DNA from: an uncultured Pseudomonadota bacterium
GTDB lineage: Bacteria > Pseudomonadota > Gammaproteobacteria > Steroidobacterales > Steroidobacteraceae
Direction: 5' to 3'
Length of the DNA: 32,000 bases
Assembly (NCBI GenBank): GCA_963802995.1
Contig: CAWDKU010000002.1
Span: 2,772,003 to 2,804,002, forward strand
A model generated the notes under the pieces. That model ran no database searches. It saw only the letters and a list, made by a program, of their open reading frames with translations, and was not told the DNA's origin. Shown piece by piece: positions 31,019 to 32,000 of this stretch. The translations under genes and the position numbers were made by a program. Numbering within the stretch: the stretch's first letter is position 1; every line of letters begins with the position of its first letter.

Positions 31019-32000
31019 GTGAGGGATCCCGCGCCGAGCGCCAGCGCCACGCGATAGGTGATGAAGGCCCCGAGGTAGGCGAGCGCGAAGAGGTAAGCGG
31101 CCATGTAGAGCGGGTAGCGCCAGGAGTTCGTCTCGCGCCTCACCACGGCGAGCGTTGAGAGGCACTGCGGCGCAAACACGTACCAGGCGAGCAGCGACAG
31201 TCCCGTGGCGAGCGACCAGCTGTGGGCGATCACCGGGGTGAGCGCGCCGGCGACGTCCTCGGTGCCGCTGCCGGCCATGGCGTACACGGTGCCGAGCGCG
31301 CTCACCGCCACCTCGCGGGCCGCGAGCCCGGGCACCAGCGCGATCGAGATCTGCCAGTTGAAGCCGATCGGCGCGAAGAGATATTCGAGGCCGCGGCCGA
31401 GGTAGCCGGCGATGCTGTACTGGATCGCAGGTCCGGTGGCCCCGGCGGGCGGCGCCGGGAAGCTGGCGAGGAACCACAGCACCACCATGAGCGTCAGGAT
31501 GATGGTGCCGACGCGCGTGAGGAAGATCTGGGTGCGCTCCCACAGGCCGAGAGCCAGGTTGCGCAGCTGCGGCACGCGGTACTCGGGCAGCTCGAGCAGC
31601 AGCGGGCGGTAGTCCTCGCGCGCGGCACTCATGCGCTTGAGCACGAAGGCCACTGCGAGCGCGCTCAGCACGCCCGCGAGGTAGAGCGCAAACAACACCA
31701 GGCCGCGCAGGTTCAGGAACCCGACCGTGCGCTGCGGGATGAGCGCACCGATCAGGAGCGCATACACCGGCAGGCGTGCCGAGCAGGTCATGAGCGGGGC
31801 GATCATGATGGTCGCGATGCGGTCGGCGCGCGAGGGAATGGTGCGGGCCGCCATGATGCCGGGGATCGCGCACGCGAAGCTCGACAGCAGCGGGATGAAG
31901 GCGCGCCCGGAGAGCCCGACGCGCCCCATGAGGCGATCGAGCATGAAGGCGGCGCGCGGCAGGTAGCCGGAGTCCTCCAGCGCCAGGATGAAGGCGAACA
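31015..32000 (-). CDS. feoB: Ferrous iron transporter FeoB, C-terminal membrane portion (5' end beyond the window)
   Basis: ...LEDSGYLPRAAFMLDRLMGRVGLSGRAFIPLLSSFACAIPGIMAARTI... and multiple TM segments identify FeoB. The reading frame is open to base 32000. Confidence 0.9.
   Translation of the reverse strand, partial: FAFILALEDSGYLPRAAFMLDRLMGRVGLSGRAFIPLLSSFACAIPGIMAARTIPSRADRIATIMIAPLMTCSARLPVYALLIGALIPQRTVGFLNLRGLVLFALYLAGVLSALAVAFVLKRMSAAREDYRPLLLELPEYRVPQLRNLALGLWERTQIFLTRVGTIILTLMVVLWFLASFPAPPAGATGPAIQYSIAGYLGRGLEYLFAPIGFNWQISIALVPGLAAREVAVSALGTVYAMAGSGTEDVAGALTPVIAHSWSLATGLSLLAWYVFAPQCLSTLAVVRRETNSWRYPLYMAAYLFALAYLGAFITYRVALALGAGSLT

Overview
High-GC (roughly 65% by eye) proteobacterial chromosomal window, dominated by the core translation locus. 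The str genes (rpsL-rpsG-fusA-tuf) run straight into rpsJ with a 34-nt gap. A hairpin terminator follows rpsJ. Next comes about 2.6 kb of non-ribosomal DNA carrying a signal-peptide S9 (prolyl-oligopeptidase-type) serine peptidase. A near-consensus sigma70 promoter with a structured leader of about 200 nt then precedes rplC. From rplC the rest of the S10, spc and alpha genes (rplC to rplQ, including secY and rpoA) follow, with gaps of 29 nt or less until rpsD. The split between rpsJ and rplC, and the new promoter/leader in front of rplC, are the most unusual features I can support. I do not see a defence system, mobile element, CRISPR array, tRNA or rRNA. Left flank (1-6650): a 5'-truncated GNAT, a secreted HtrA-like S1 protease, two paralogous signal-peptide methyltransferase-fold proteins flanking a DUF1810 gene, a GNAT, and a 7TM-sensor GGDEF diguanylate cyclase. 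Right flank (27.7-32 kb): mscL, pepQ, a small Ala-rich repeat lipoprotein, a GNAT-like gene, and the 3' end of feoB translationally coupled to a small Cys-motif membrane ORF. Protein identities come from my reading of the translations against remembered E. coli and family sequences. No database search was run.
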